64,000 bases of DNA from an uncultured Rhodospirillales bacterium (GCA_913055735.1 CAJXKD010000001.1:1520281-1584280); one strand, 5' to 3'. Shown: positions 35,121-45,055, counted from the stretch's first letter. The notes: generated by a model from the sequence alone, not told the origin. Numbers and translations: made by a program.

Positions 35121-35783
35121 TTAGCGTAATGCTTCCGTCTTATAGACATAGACGGTGAATTCCCAAAGGGGATAGTCGTGCCGAATCACAACGTGGCGGC
35201 TTAAGTTTTTGACGCAGAAAGAAAATACACTCGCGGGATCTGCGTAGAATAGGTGGTCGTCTCGGTAATCGACATAAGAGGTCATGAGATTGAAGGCGAT
35301 TCCCCGGCGGCAGAGTTGGAACATACGTTCAATCATCGTCTGTACATAGGACCACCATTCTTCGTCAGTTGCATTCCCTTTGACGGTAAACAGGCCTGAA
35401 TTAATGACGTAGTCCCCAATCATCCAATCTTGTTGGTGTGCTCTTATATTGGCAACGTGAAGGTCGGCGGTTTCTCCGAGACGCGTTTTTGCAGCTGCAA
35501 TCATGTCCTCCGAAATATCTGATCCGACGTAGTCGCAAGCAACACCATTCGTCTTTAAGTAGTCCCGCATATGCGCCAAGCCGCATCCAACATCATGAAG
35601 CCGTTGGCCAGACAGATTTCCAACGTCGCATAGGATCTCGAAGCGCATTTCTTGGGACTCGGTGTTCGACCAATTAACGCCTTTCGGACTATCGCCAAAC
35701 TGCTTCAGCGCAGTCTCATAATATGACCTTGATGCCGATTCCAATCCGGCGAAACTCTGATTTTTTGGAGTGTCGACAGTCAA
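35121..35783 (-). CDS. Class I SAM-dependent methyltransferase
   Basis: 220 aa with a TTG start overlapping the upstream stop. Motif I RLHDVGCGLAHM. Confidence 0.7.
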   Translation of the reverse strand: MTVDTPKNQSFAGLESASRSYYETALKQFGDSPKGVNWSNTESQEMRFEILCDVGNLSGQRLHDVGCGLAHMRDYLKTNGVACDYVGSDISEDMIAAAKTRLGETADLHVANIRAHQQDWMIGDYVINSGLFTVKGNATDEEWWSYVQTMIERMFQLCRRGIAFNLMTSYVDYRDDHLFYADPASVFSFCVKNLSRHVVIRHDYPLWEFTVYVYKTEALR

Positions 35784-36796
35784 AATTGATCTTCCTCCAG
35801 AGTCTCGTCTTGCGCTATTTCCCGCCGCGTCGATTTTCCAACAACGTGGGCAATGTCTCTAGGCAGAATGCCCGATCGCGCGCGTTTGACGGCGAGCATG
35901 TCGGCGTTCACCACCGTGCCCGGAGGGATGATCTGTTTGGCAACGAGCACCTTCCGGTTGATCAGGCGTTTCTCGGCTTCGTATTTGACGGGATAGGACG
36001 TTGTCTTGCCGAGCGCGGCTTCGACGTTCCGGATGGCACTTACCATTTCATTGAGGGGCTGGGGTTCGAGCGCAAAGTGATGGTCCGGTCCATCTAGGGA
36101 ATTGTCTAAGGTGATATGTTTTTCGATGACCCGTGCGCCCAACGCAACAGCCGCCACAGGGATGGAAGTATGTTGTGAGTGATCGGAGAAACCGATGGGA
36201 ACGCCAAAGGTTTTGGAAAGCCAGTCGATCATTCCCAAGTTGCAGTCGGCCGGCGCGGTCGGATAGTCGGAGACACAGTGTAGTATACACAATGGGACAT
36301 CGCGTGTTTTGCGGATACACGACACGGCGATCTCAATGTCCTGCGCGGTCATCAGCCCCGTCGATAAGAATATCGGGCTACCCGTTCTTGCAGAAGCTCG
36401 GATCAGTGGAAGGTCGTGGACTTCCGGTGACGCGATCTTGATGAAGGGCGCGGCGTCGTTTTCCACGAGCAGCGAGACGGCCTCTTCGTCAAACGGCGAT
36501 GCACAAAACCCGATACCCGCGTTTTCGCATTCGGCGATAAGATCAGGAATCCACTCACGAGGTAGTTCCAATGGCGCGAGGACCTCATGGGCCGGAGAGT
36601 TTTCCTGAACCAGCCAATCGGCACGAAAGATCTGGAATTTCGCGAAATCACATCCGGCTTGTGCCGCGACCTGTATGAGCCGTTTTGCCTGGTCCAATGA
36701 TCCGTCGAAATTAGACCCGATTTCCGCGACAATAATGGCGGAGCCGGTGGGGTCGGCAAGCCTTTTGGCGACGTCTGCATTTGTCCTATTGGTCAT
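35780..36796 (-). CDS. pseI: Nonulosonic acid synthase (NeuB/PseI/LegI family) with C-terminal SAF domain
   Basis: 338 aa. Motifs IVAEIGSNFDGSLDQAKRLIQVAAQAGCDFAKFQ, GFSDHS, and a C-terminal SAF-like VAKQIIPPGTVV. Pse specificity is inferred from the neighbours. Confidence 0.7.
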   Translation of the reverse strand: MTNRTNADVAKRLADPTGSAIIVAEIGSNFDGSLDQAKRLIQVAAQAGCDFAKFQIFRADWLVQENSPAHEVLAPLELPREWIPDLIAECENAGIGFCASPFDEEAVSLLVENDAAPFIKIASPEVHDLPLIRASARTGSPIFLSTGLMTAQDIEIAVSCIRKTRDVPLCILHCVSDYPTAPADCNLGMIDWLSKTFGVPIGFSDHSQHTSIPVAAVALGARVIEKHITLDNSLDGPDHHFALEPQPLNEMVSAIRNVEAALGKTTSYPVKYEAEKRLINRKVLVAKQIIPPGTVVNADMLAVKRARSGILPRDIAHVVGKSTRREIAQDETLEEDQF

Positions 36797-37833
36797 TCGT
36801 CAAACAACTGTGCGATACGTTTCTCGATCCTCGAATAGGCTAATCCGTCGATAAGCGTACTGCCTCGCTCGGCGTACCGGGATCTTAGGTGAGGGTTGCT
36901 GAGGAACTCGCTTAAGTCGTCGGCAAGTTTGTTCCTTTCCATTTTGTCAGCGCGGCCCGCGTAGAATACGAAATCCCCGTCGATAAAATTCCTGATTACG
37001 GCACTATCGTGATCGAATTGCGTGATCATAAGTGTGGGAACGCCGGCTGCGGCTGTTTCATACTTAATCAAGCCTTCTCCGGTGATGGCGATATCGGCCC
37101 AGGCCAAGTGGTCGCTGAGATGAGGGGAAAAGGGGACTACCTCGCAAACGCTTAATTTCCTTGCCGCCTCTTCAATTCCGTCGCGACAACCGGCTGTCAT
37201 GGCAGGGCTCGTAGCAACACGGACTTTGATCGTAGAATAAGTCAGCTGGGCAATCGCATCGAGCACAAGGGGAGTAACGCACATTGGATCGCTTCCACTA
37301 ATGCAAACGAAGATATTCTCCGCCTGCCGAACGATTTCCTTGTTTGCGCGCAGCTTATGAAGAGAAGGATCGCACAGGAAAAAGCTTAGCCCTAATAAAG
37401 TACGGTCAGACACCGCCGATCTCGCAGGTGCATCCGACGGACATTCATATGGAACGATGGTAAGTGCTGTTCCCAGCTTTGGAACGCGGCAGTCCGAAAT
37501 CCCGACCGTTTTCTTGGCGCCGAGAGCGGAGAGCTTCTGGTGATACTTTTCAAGCCGAGATGGTGTTTTCAGGTTTTCCTGCTGACATAGATCTGTAACC
37601 AGCAAATCTGCCTTAGTGTCCTGGACAACTGTAAAAGTTTGATTCGCATCCTCCTCGATGGTCAGCACCGGGGGGAGGAAGCGGACGTCCCATTGTTCCA
37701 GCGGCACTAATCTCATCGCGTCTTCCGTACCGGGTAGCCTGCGCGTAACAAATACAAACGGTTTCTCAAAAGGCAGTTCTTCGGCAAGCCGCCAGCACCT
37801 AACAAGATGCCCCAACCCGACGGAAGTCCCCAC
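36793..37833 (-). CDS. pseG: PseG-like UDP-sugar hydrolase (GT28-type GT-B fold)
   Basis: 346 aa with GTG start. Motifs GLGHLVRCWRLAEEL, VCISGSDP and ADIAITGEGLIKYETAAAGVPTL follow the PseG pattern. Confidence 0.6.
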   Translation of the reverse strand: MGTSVGLGHLVRCWRLAEELPFEKPFVFVTRRLPGTEDAMRLVPLEQWDVRFLPPVLTIEEDANQTFTVVQDTKADLLVTDLCQQENLKTPSRLEKYHQKLSALGAKKTVGISDCRVPKLGTALTIVPYECPSDAPARSAVSDRTLLGLSFFLCDPSLHKLRANKEIVRQAENIFVCISGSDPMCVTPLVLDAIAQLTYSTIKVRVATSPAMTAGCRDGIEEAARKLSVCEVVPFSPHLSDHLAWADIAITGEGLIKYETAAAGVPTLMITQFDHDSAVIRNFIDGDFVFYAGRADKMERNKLADDLSEFLSNPHLRSRYAERGSTLIDGLAYSRIEKRIAQLFDE

Positions 37834-37858
37834 GTCAGCTCTGAAAACCGCTTTCAGT

Positions 37859-39142
37859 TCAGGGTTTCCTAAAAATGGGTTCCGTAACCTTGCCGTCCAT
37901 GCGGGCTTCGAAATCCATTTTCTCGTGCGCCTCTCGGAACAGTTTGAACACGTCTTTATAGACGTCCAACGTGAAGTTCAATTCCTGCTCCCCGTGCGAG
38001 GCCGTGGGAAGATGCACGCCAAAGAAAAGGAGCCCCCGCTTATGGCATTCCTGCATGAAATAGCTGCGTCTCAACCGGCTTTGATATTCATCATCGTGCG
38101 GAAAAGTCAGAATTGAGCGTGCGTCGAGTCCGATCAAACGGATCGAATTCTCGAGCTTATTTGATGCGATCATTTCAGAGATTGCGTCTGAAAGCTGCCG
38201 ACCGTAATCCCAAATGTGGTCGATGACGGAAAGGCGGTCAAACTCTTCGATTGTCGCCTTGCATGCAGCAAGTGCAGTCGCATCGCCGCCGAACGTGCCG
38301 GAAAAGAATATGTCGTCGAATATTTCCATGACGTCCCTTCGGCCAACAACGGCCGATAGCGGGGCGCCGTTCGCCATCGATTTTCCGAAGCATGCCAAGT
38401 CCGGATAGACGCCATAATACTCCGCGGCACCGCCATAACGGATACGGAATCCGTTGATGATCTCGTCAAACACAAGAAGCGTGCCATGTTCCTGAGTTAT
38501 TTGGCGAACAGCCTCGAGAAATCCAGGCTCGGGTATTTCGACGCCAACTGCCTCCATGATTACAGCGGCGACCTGATTCGGGCGGGCCGTCAACTCGCGT
38601 CGAAGCGACTCCAAATCGTTGTAGGTGAAAGAGTGGGTCAGTTCTTTTACCGCGCCGGGAACGCCGCCGCTCCGAGTTGTCGTGCCAATATACCAATCGT
38701 GCCAGCCGTGATAGCCGCAATAGACGATGTGCTCCCGTCCGGTAAAGGCGCGCGCCGCTCTAATTGCCGCTGTCGTAACGTCGGAGCCGTTCTTTCCAAA
38801 CCGCACCATGTCGGCGAACGGGACTCGGCGAACGATCTCCTCCGCGACTTCCACTTCCAGTGGGTGCATTTGACTCATAACCGGTCCACGCCGAAATTGG
38901 TCGGCGACGGCTTTTGATACGGCGTCGTTTCCATATCCGAGAACGATAGGGCCGAGTGCCATTAGATAGTCGAGGTACTTGTTTCCGTCGACATCCCACA
39001 CCCATGCGCCGTCACCTCGTTCTAGATAAGCGGGTGAGACCCCTCTAATCCATTGGTTGGGGCCTTTCGAGAAGGTTTGGGTGGCTGACGGAATAACTTT
39101 ATAGGCGCGCGCAAGGAGGCTTTCCGACCGAGGCATCGACAT
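37859..39142 (-). CDS. Class III PLP aminotransferase (glutamate-1-semialdehyde aminomutase-like)
   Basis: 427 aa. Motifs LVFDEIINGFR and ACFGKSMANGAPLSAV (PLP lysine). Confidence 0.8.
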   Translation of the reverse strand: MSMPRSESLLARAYKVIPSATQTFSKGPNQWIRGVSPAYLERGDGAWVWDVDGNKYLDYLMALGPIVLGYGNDAVSKAVADQFRRGPVMSQMHPLEVEVAEEIVRRVPFADMVRFGKNGSDVTTAAIRAARAFTGREHIVYCGYHGWHDWYIGTTTRSGGVPGAVKELTHSFTYNDLESLRRELTARPNQVAAVIMEAVGVEIPEPGFLEAVRQITQEHGTLLVFDEIINGFRIRYGGAAEYYGVYPDLACFGKSMANGAPLSAVVGRRDVMEIFDDIFFSGTFGGDATALAACKATIEEFDRLSVIDHIWDYGRQLSDAISEMIASNKLENSIRLIGLDARSILTFPHDDEYQSRLRRSYFMQECHKRGLLFFGVHLPTASHGEQELNFTLDVYKDVFKLFREAHEKMDFEARMDGKVTEPIFRKP

Positions 39143-39184
39143 TTTTGTTCAGACCATTTGCTGTGGTTGGTTTATCCGATTTCG

Positions 39185-40084
39185 CTATGCAGGCCAATTG
39201 GACGGATTCAGTACTTTCTCGTCGTCGATCGCCCAAATGCTGAAGTCGAGGTGACGGCAATGTTCTTGACGCGCGGCAGCGATGACTTCGCTAAGCTGTT
39301 CCGGCGTTTCTCCGCCGACAATTACCGCCGAAACGTTTGCTTGGTTCAATACGAAGGTCAGGCAGGCTTCGAGCATGCTGGCCCCTTTGTCTTGCAACCA
39401 GATTTGAAGTTCTCGCACGTGGCTGCGAATAGAATCGAAATGTCGAGGCAGACATTGCGGTTCCATAAGCAACAATCCCTGTAGAAAAGCGGAACGCACG
39501 TGAATTTCCGTGCCCTGCGCGTCAAGAGTATCCAAGGTTCCACATTGTAGAGCGCGTTGGTCCAAGATGTTCAAGGGAAGCTGAACGATGTCAGCGGGCA
39601 GCAGACCGTTGATGGCGGCAATCTCGTCGGGTGTGTATGCTGAGTAGCCGATCTTTTCGGCGCGCCCAGATTTTTTCGCATTTTGGAGTGCGTCGATAAG
39701 ATATTGCCCGCCTGGCTTCAATAAATCCGCGCCATGATGAATCAAAAGGCCATAGACCGAGGGGGTTCCGAGCCGCTGTAGTGACCGATCCAGGCATTCC
39801 GACAGTTGTTCTCCATGCGCCGGGGTGAGTTCCGCGTCCGGGAATGCGGGTGTCTTCGTAACGATGCGCGGCTGCCAGCCATGGGGCCGCAGGTCGCCTA
39901 CTATCGCTTCGCTCCGTCCGTATCCGAAAGCCGTATCAAGATACGCAACGCCAGCGTCGGCGGCTGTGTTAAGAATCTCTCTGGCCATTGATTCAGATGG
40001 GCACCCGGTCACATTGGCGATCCCATAATCCATGCCGAGCTGGACGGTGCCCAATCCAATTCGGGCAACGCGGTCCTTAGCCAT
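39185..40084 (-). CDS. Aldo/keto reductase
   Basis: 299 aa. The N-terminal RIGLGTVQLGMDYG and overall TIM-barrel AKR pattern (YLDTAFGYG). Confidence 0.8.
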   Translation of the reverse strand: MAKDRVARIGLGTVQLGMDYGIANVTGCPSESMAREILNTAADAGVAYLDTAFGYGRSEAIVGDLRPHGWQPRIVTKTPAFPDAELTPAHGEQLSECLDRSLQRLGTPSVYGLLIHHGADLLKPGGQYLIDALQNAKKSGRAEKIGYSAYTPDEIAAINGLLPADIVQLPLNILDQRALQCGTLDTLDAQGTEIHVRSAFLQGLLLMEPQCLPRHFDSIRSHVRELQIWLQDKGASMLEACLTFVLNQANVSAVIVGGETPEQLSEVIAAARQEHCRHLDFSIWAIDDEKVLNPSNWPA

Positions 40085-41267
40085 CGCAGGTTTCTTTTAC
40101 CGCGAGGATCACGTGTTCGACCTCGTCGTCGGTCATATCTTGAAAGAGCGGCAAGCTAAGACAGGAGGCATAGTATGATTCGGCATTCTCGAATTCGGCG
40201 GCAACATCCCCGAGGCGTTCACGATAGAACGGGTGCCGATAGATCGGCAGATAGTGAACTTGACTACCAACGCCCCGCTCGAGGAGTCGCCTCATCAAGT
40301 CGGTTCTGTTTTTGTGCAGTGCGGCAAAATCAAAAGTGACGATATATAGGTGCAGGGCGGAGTTGGCGCGCGCCTGCGGCGACATCTGGAGCGGCTGTAT
40401 TCCTGCCGGTTTGCTGAAGGCCTCATCGTATCGTGCAACGATCTCCCGGCGCCGCGCGATGAATCGATCTAGCTTGTGGAGTTGCGACAGACCGAGCGCC
40501 GCGTGGATGTCGGACATCCGATAGTTAAAGCCGAGAAGCTGCTGTTCCTGATACCAACCCGCCACGGAATCCGTATCCGGGTACGCCTGCTCCTCATCGA
40601 TGAACCGGTTTGCGTTCTTTTCGATGCCGTGGTTGCGCAACAACCTCAACTTGGCGGCAACGTCTTCATCATTGGTCACGATCATTCCTCCCTCGCCACT
40701 GGTAATCGGCTTAACGGGGTGAAATGAGAAAACCGCCATGTCGCTGTCGGCGCAGCACCCTACGGGTTCGCCTGAACTATATATCGCTCCAAGCGCATGG
40801 GACGCGTCCTCGATGATTTTTCTTCCTCCTGCCAGCTCGCGTAGTTTCTTCACGTCGCCCGCCAGCCCGGCAATATGGACGGGAAGAATGATATCGGTTT
40901 CGGGATGTTTTGCGAGTGCACGCTCCAGGCTTGCCGCCTCCATACCGAGGGTCTTGGAGTCAATGTCCACAAGGCCAGCATCTGAACCGCAATACAGGAG
41001 AGCGTTTGCCGTTGCGGAGAACGTGATCGCGGATGTCAGGCCGTGATGTCCGGTTGCTGCTCCCGCAGCCAGGCATGCGATATGAAGAGCCGCCGTGCCG
41101 CTGCTGACGGCGACGGCGTGTTGCGCTCCGACGCGGTCGGCGACCGCGGCCTCGAAGCGCTCGACGACCGGCCCCTGCGTTATGAGGTCGCTTTCCAGAA
41201 CGCGAACAACGGCTTCGATGTCGTCGCGTTCGACGAGATGGCGACCGTAATTTAGAGGGCGACCCAT
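40077..41267 (-). CDS. pseC: DegT/DnrJ/EryC1-family PLP aminotransferase, PseC-type
   Basis: 396 aa from the ATG at 41267, preceded by GAGGAA. The longer track ORF overlaps the pseB stop. Motifs LITQGPVVERFE, SSGTAALHIA and SFHPVKPITSGEGG. Confidence 0.75.
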   Translation of the reverse strand: MGRPLNYGRHLVERDDIEAVVRVLESDLITQGPVVERFEAAVADRVGAQHAVAVSSGTAALHIACLAAGAATGHHGLTSAITFSATANALLYCGSDAGLVDIDSKTLGMEAASLERALAKHPETDIILPVHIAGLAGDVKKLRELAGGRKIIEDASHALGAIYSSGEPVGCCADSDMAVFSFHPVKPITSGEGGMIVTNDEDVAAKLRLLRNHGIEKNANRFIDEEQAYPDTDSVAGWYQEQQLLGFNYRMSDIHAALGLSQLHKLDRFIARRREIVARYDEAFSKPAGIQPLQMSPQARANSALHLYIVTFDFAALHKNRTDLMRRLLERGVGSQVHYLPIYRHPFYRERLGDVAAEFENAESYYASCLSLPLFQDMTDDEVEHVILAVKETCDG

Positions 41268-41281
41268 TTCCTCGGTTCTTC

Positions 41282-42277
41282 TCAGTCTTGTGTCTTGTCG
41301 ATTATTCGGGCGAGTCCGTCGGGACCGATCCAATCGGTATTGCCGTCACTCGTATAGGCGAAGTTTTCGTCGACGGGCTTGCCCGTCTCTCCCCCATAGG
41401 GGGCTGTGTGGTCATACCCCCAAAACGCATTATCGGGATAGATTAGATAGTAGTTGTCGAACTCCAAGGTATGGCGTGCCTCGTCGCTGGGGATCATGAT
41501 CTCGTGTAGCTTCTCGCCGGGTCTAATTCCGATAATTTCCTGCTCGCATTCGGGGCCGATTGCCGTCGCGAGGTCTGTGATTTTCATCGATGGAATTTTT
41601 GGAATGAAAATCTCGCCCCCACGCATAAGACCTAGGCAACGTTCGACAAATGCCGCGCCTTCGGCAAGGGTGATCCAAAATCTCGTCATTCGGGCATTCG
41701 TGATCGGAAGCTTTCCCGTTTTTCTGCGTTCAAGAAAAAACGGTATAACGCTGCCGCGCGATCCAACCACGTTTCCGTACCGTACCACCGAAAAGGTCGT
41801 ATCACTTCCGTGTGTCAAATGATTTGCGGCTATGAAGAGCTTGTCTGAACAGAGCTTCGTTGCGCCGTAAAGATTGATCGGATTGACCGCTTTGTCAGTA
41901 GACAAAGCGATAACGCGACCGACGCGTTGTGCGACCGACGCGTTAATTATGTTTTCGGCGCCGATCACGTTTGTTTTGATACATTCGATCGGATTGTATT
42001 CCGATGCGGGCACCTGTTTCATAGCCGCGGCATGTACGACGATATCTACGCCTTCGAGGGCCGTCGTAAGGCGGGTCTCGTCGCGCACGTCCCCCAAGAA
42101 ATAGCGTAGATTTGGATGGCTTACCTCCTGTGCCATCTCGTATTGCTTGAGTTCGTCGCGAGAGTAGACGATCACCCGCGCTGGCGTGCTGTTCGAGAGA
42201 ATTCGTTTTACAAACTCTTTTCCAAACGAGCCGGTGCCGCCCGTGATGAGTATCGCTTTGTCATCTAACTTGGACAT
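41282..42277 (-). CDS. pseB: UDP-GlcNAc 4,6-dehydratase (inverting), PseB/FlaA1 type
   Basis: 331 aa. ILITGGTGSFGKEF, VYSRDELKQ and STDKAVNPINLYGATKLCSDKLF closely track Helicobacter FlaA1 as I remember it. Confidence 0.85.
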   Translation of the reverse strand: MSKLDDKAILITGGTGSFGKEFVKRILSNSTPARVIVYSRDELKQYEMAQEVSHPNLRYFLGDVRDETRLTTALEGVDIVVHAAAMKQVPASEYNPIECIKTNVIGAENIINASVAQRVGRVIALSTDKAVNPINLYGATKLCSDKLFIAANHLTHGSDTTFSVVRYGNVVGSRGSVIPFFLERRKTGKLPITNARMTRFWITLAEGAAFVERCLGLMRGGEIFIPKIPSMKITDLATAIGPECEQEIIGIRPGEKLHEIMIPSDEARHTLEFDNYYLIYPDNAFWGYDHTAPYGGETGKPVDENFAYTSDGNTDWIGPDGLARIIDKTQD

Positions 42278-42292
42278 TCTGCTTTCTTTGCT

Positions 42293-43180
42293 TCAATTGT
42301 CTTGAGGGGTGAGGTTCAATATATCGATTCCGTCGGTAACCGTCGGCATGGGGCGAGTGAGGAACTCCGCCGCCTTCTTCGTACACAAGGACATGTCGTG
42401 CGGCCGCGGAGCTTGCAGCCCGGCGTTTTCAATCTCTGCGGGCCTTACTAGGCCGTTGGGCAGTGCCAATTTCCTGCACAAACCGAGTGCGAATTCATAC
42501 TTCGATATGCGCTCGCTCGCGGCGACGTGATACACGCCGCTTCCTTCATGTTCCGCAATCTCAACGATCATGGGGACGAGATGATTGAGATGAATGGGTG
42601 AAAAGAAGGAATCGACGAATGCGTCAATTCCGCGGCCGGAACACAGCCCCTCGACCATCCAGTCTGACAAAGATTTGCGCCAAGGAAGCGCGTTACCGAA
42701 AAAGTTCGTGCGCACAACGAGGGCCGTCGGTGCGGCATCAAGCGCGCGCCGTTCACCTTCGAGTTTGCTGCGCGCATACGCGTTAATCGGATGGGGTGGC
42801 GTCGTCTCGCTGACGAACGGTTTGGTGCCGTCCCAAAGATGGTCAGTGGAGATAAAGATAAACTTGACGTTTCGGGCCGCGCAGGCACGTGCAAGTTGCT
42901 GTGTAACGTCCGCATGTATTCTGAATGCGGTATGCTCGTCGTTCTCACAGGCGTCGACGCTGGTGAGTCCTGCCGCATGCACAATGACATCCGGGCTAAA
43001 CTTCGAGACCAGCTCATCGGCGTCGACCAACTGGGTTAAATCTTGAGCGAAGACGTCGATTCGTTCGAATTCCATCTTGTGAGAATTTACGATCCCGACG
43101 ACGCTGTCGCCGGCATTCGCGAGATACCGACACATCGTTGCTCCAAGGAGCCCTGAAGCACCTGTGATAAGCCAACGCAC
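42293..43180 (-). CDS. RmlD-like NAD(P)H-dependent sugar reductase (dTDP-4-dehydrorhamnose reductase family)
   Basis: 295 aa with a GTG start abutting the ABC gene stop. Motifs WLITGASGLLG and YARSK. Confidence 0.6.
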   Translation of the reverse strand: MRWLITGASGLLGATMCRYLANAGDSVVGIVNSHKMEFERIDVFAQDLTQLVDADELVSKFSPDVIVHAAGLTSVDACENDEHTAFRIHADVTQQLARACAARNVKFIFISTDHLWDGTKPFVSETTPPHPINAYARSKLEGERRALDAAPTALVVRTNFFGNALPWRKSLSDWMVEGLCSGRGIDAFVDSFFSPIHLNHLVPMIVEIAEHEGSGVYHVAASERISKYEFALGLCRKLALPNGLVRPAEIENAGLQAPRPHDMSLCTKKAAEFLTRPMPTVTDGIDILNLTPQDN

Positions 43181-45055
43181 CTAGCTGTCCGCTACTTCCC
43201 CGGCGTGTTCGGCGCCGGTACCGCCCAAGTTTGCGCGTTCCGCCCAGGAATTGAATTCGGGCAAGTCCGTTTTAAGCTGATCAAACGAACCTTCGCCGAC
43301 CAATCTGCCATCCTTCAGAAAAACCAGTTTGTCACAGCTTCTTAAAGTGCTCAGGCGATGTGCGACGATAACCAGGGTTTTGTCGCCGGCCAGATTCCGG
43401 AGCGTCTTAGTGATGCGGGATTCGGTTTCGACATCAAGGGAGGATGTTGCTTCGTCAAGCACCAGTATCTCGGAGTTGAAATACAAAGCCCTGGCAATCG
43501 CGACACGTTGACGTTGTCCGCCCGACAGTTGCACGCCGGCCTCCCCAACCACCGTTTCGACCCCATTCGGCAATGAAGCGACAAAATCCGAAAGCTCCGC
43601 ACGCTGAATTGCGGCTGCCTGGGCCTGATCACTAATTTCTTCATCCGAAAGGCCGAACGCGATGTTACGCCGTAACGTGTCGTCCAACAGAGTGACGTTC
43701 TGTGGAACGTATCCCATGGACCGGCGTATGGCCGCTTCTTCTCCCGGCCGCGGTTGGCCATCAAACAAAATTTCGCCGGATTGCGGTTTAATGAGACCCA
43801 GCAGAAGTTGGATTAAGGTGCTCTTGCCGGCGCCTGAGGGGCCGACGATGCCGACGCTTGCACCTGCAGGAATGTCGAAGGAGATATCGGTAATGCCCGA
43901 ATTTCTGCTTTCGTAATGATAGCTTACGTTGGCGATGACGATGTTCTCTTGGAGTGTCGACGGTCGAACGACTTGTTGCGGATCTCGATCGGTTCGTATG
44001 GTGGTCTCAGGCTCGAACCAATCTCCAAAAAGCTCCATATCCTTTTGTATTTGGGCAAACGCGGGTATGGCGATTCGGGCGTCATTCAAGGTTGCCACGG
44101 TGCGTTGTACGGTCGGCATGAGCCTCAGCATCGAGGCGGCAAAGAGCGCTATAAACGGTACAATATTGTCACCAGTCCAACCCAGATACGCGATCAGTAC
44201 GAAACCGCAGACGGAGATAACACCCACGACCTCCAGTATTTGCTGCGGAACCTGGCGATAGGTTTGATTGAGGTACGTGAGCCGAGCGATATCGTTCGCC
44301 GCCGCTCGAAACCGTCGGATGAAATACCGGTATTGATCCAAAACCTTGATGTCGATAATCGCCGACAACGCCTCCAACTGTGAGAAATTGTAGGCGCGAT
44401 TAGCCTCCTGGTTTATGGCGCCCAGTTCGCGCATTGGTGCCGCCGAAAACCACCAGAAACCGAGAGCGCCCACCCCGATTACGACGATCGCGATTGCCGC
44501 CGCCAGCGGATTTGCGAACACCAGCATGCCGGCGATTGCGAGTGCCAGAAAAAGGTCCGATACGAGCCCGCCAATCGGTTGAATGATCTTGTTGTACCAG
44601 TTGGGCACTGACGTGTTCAGATTACGCAGCAATGTTGCGGCATTCTGCTCGAAGTGGAAGCTTGCGGGTGCTTCGAGATAGGTGCGGAATAGCTGTTCGG
44701 TGATTCGTGTTCGATCGAGATTGAAAACTTTTCCGACCCAATACGTTACGCCGACACTTACAACGCTCTTGAAGATGATAAGACCCGCCAACACGATGCT
44801 GAGGGCCGCGGCGAGCTGTGCATTTGTATAGCCTTCTACCTGATCGACCGGTATCCATTGGGAGAAGTTGTCGACCCGCGTTCCACCGGCTAGCAGACCG
44901 ACGATCGGAAAAATGAGTCCTAGGCTGACGAGGTCCAGCACCCGAAGCGATGACAATGCAACAATGGAGGCAAGCACCAGCCTTCGCGTGCGTTTTCCGG
45001 CTAGGCGAAAGCTCTGAAAAAATATTCGGCTAAGAGCCATTCTTTGGGTGATCAT
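43181..45055 (-). CDS. Fused TMD-NBD ABC exporter (MsbA/PglK/ExsA-like half transporter)
   Basis: 624 aa. An N-terminal six-helix-type hydrophobic half, Walker A GPSGAGKSTL, signature LSGGQRQRVAIARAL, and Walker B ILVLDEATSSLD. Confidence 0.85.
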   Translation of the reverse strand: MITQRMALSRIFFQSFRLAGKRTRRLVLASIVALSSLRVLDLVSLGLIFPIVGLLAGGTRVDNFSQWIPVDQVEGYTNAQLAAALSIVLAGLIIFKSVVSVGVTYWVGKVFNLDRTRITEQLFRTYLEAPASFHFEQNAATLLRNLNTSVPNWYNKIIQPIGGLVSDLFLALAIAGMLVFANPLAAAIAIVVIGVGALGFWWFSAAPMRELGAINQEANRAYNFSQLEALSAIIDIKVLDQYRYFIRRFRAAANDIARLTYLNQTYRQVPQQILEVVGVISVCGFVLIAYLGWTGDNIVPFIALFAASMLRLMPTVQRTVATLNDARIAIPAFAQIQKDMELFGDWFEPETTIRTDRDPQQVVRPSTLQENIVIANVSYHYESRNSGITDISFDIPAGASVGIVGPSGAGKSTLIQLLLGLIKPQSGEILFDGQPRPGEEAAIRRSMGYVPQNVTLLDDTLRRNIAFGLSDEEISDQAQAAAIQRAELSDFVASLPNGVETVVGEAGVQLSGGQRQRVAIARALYFNSEILVLDEATSSLDVETESRITKTLRNLAGDKTLVIVAHRLSTLRSCDKLVFLKDGRLVGEGSFDQLKTDLPEFNSWAERANLGGTGAEHAGEVADS

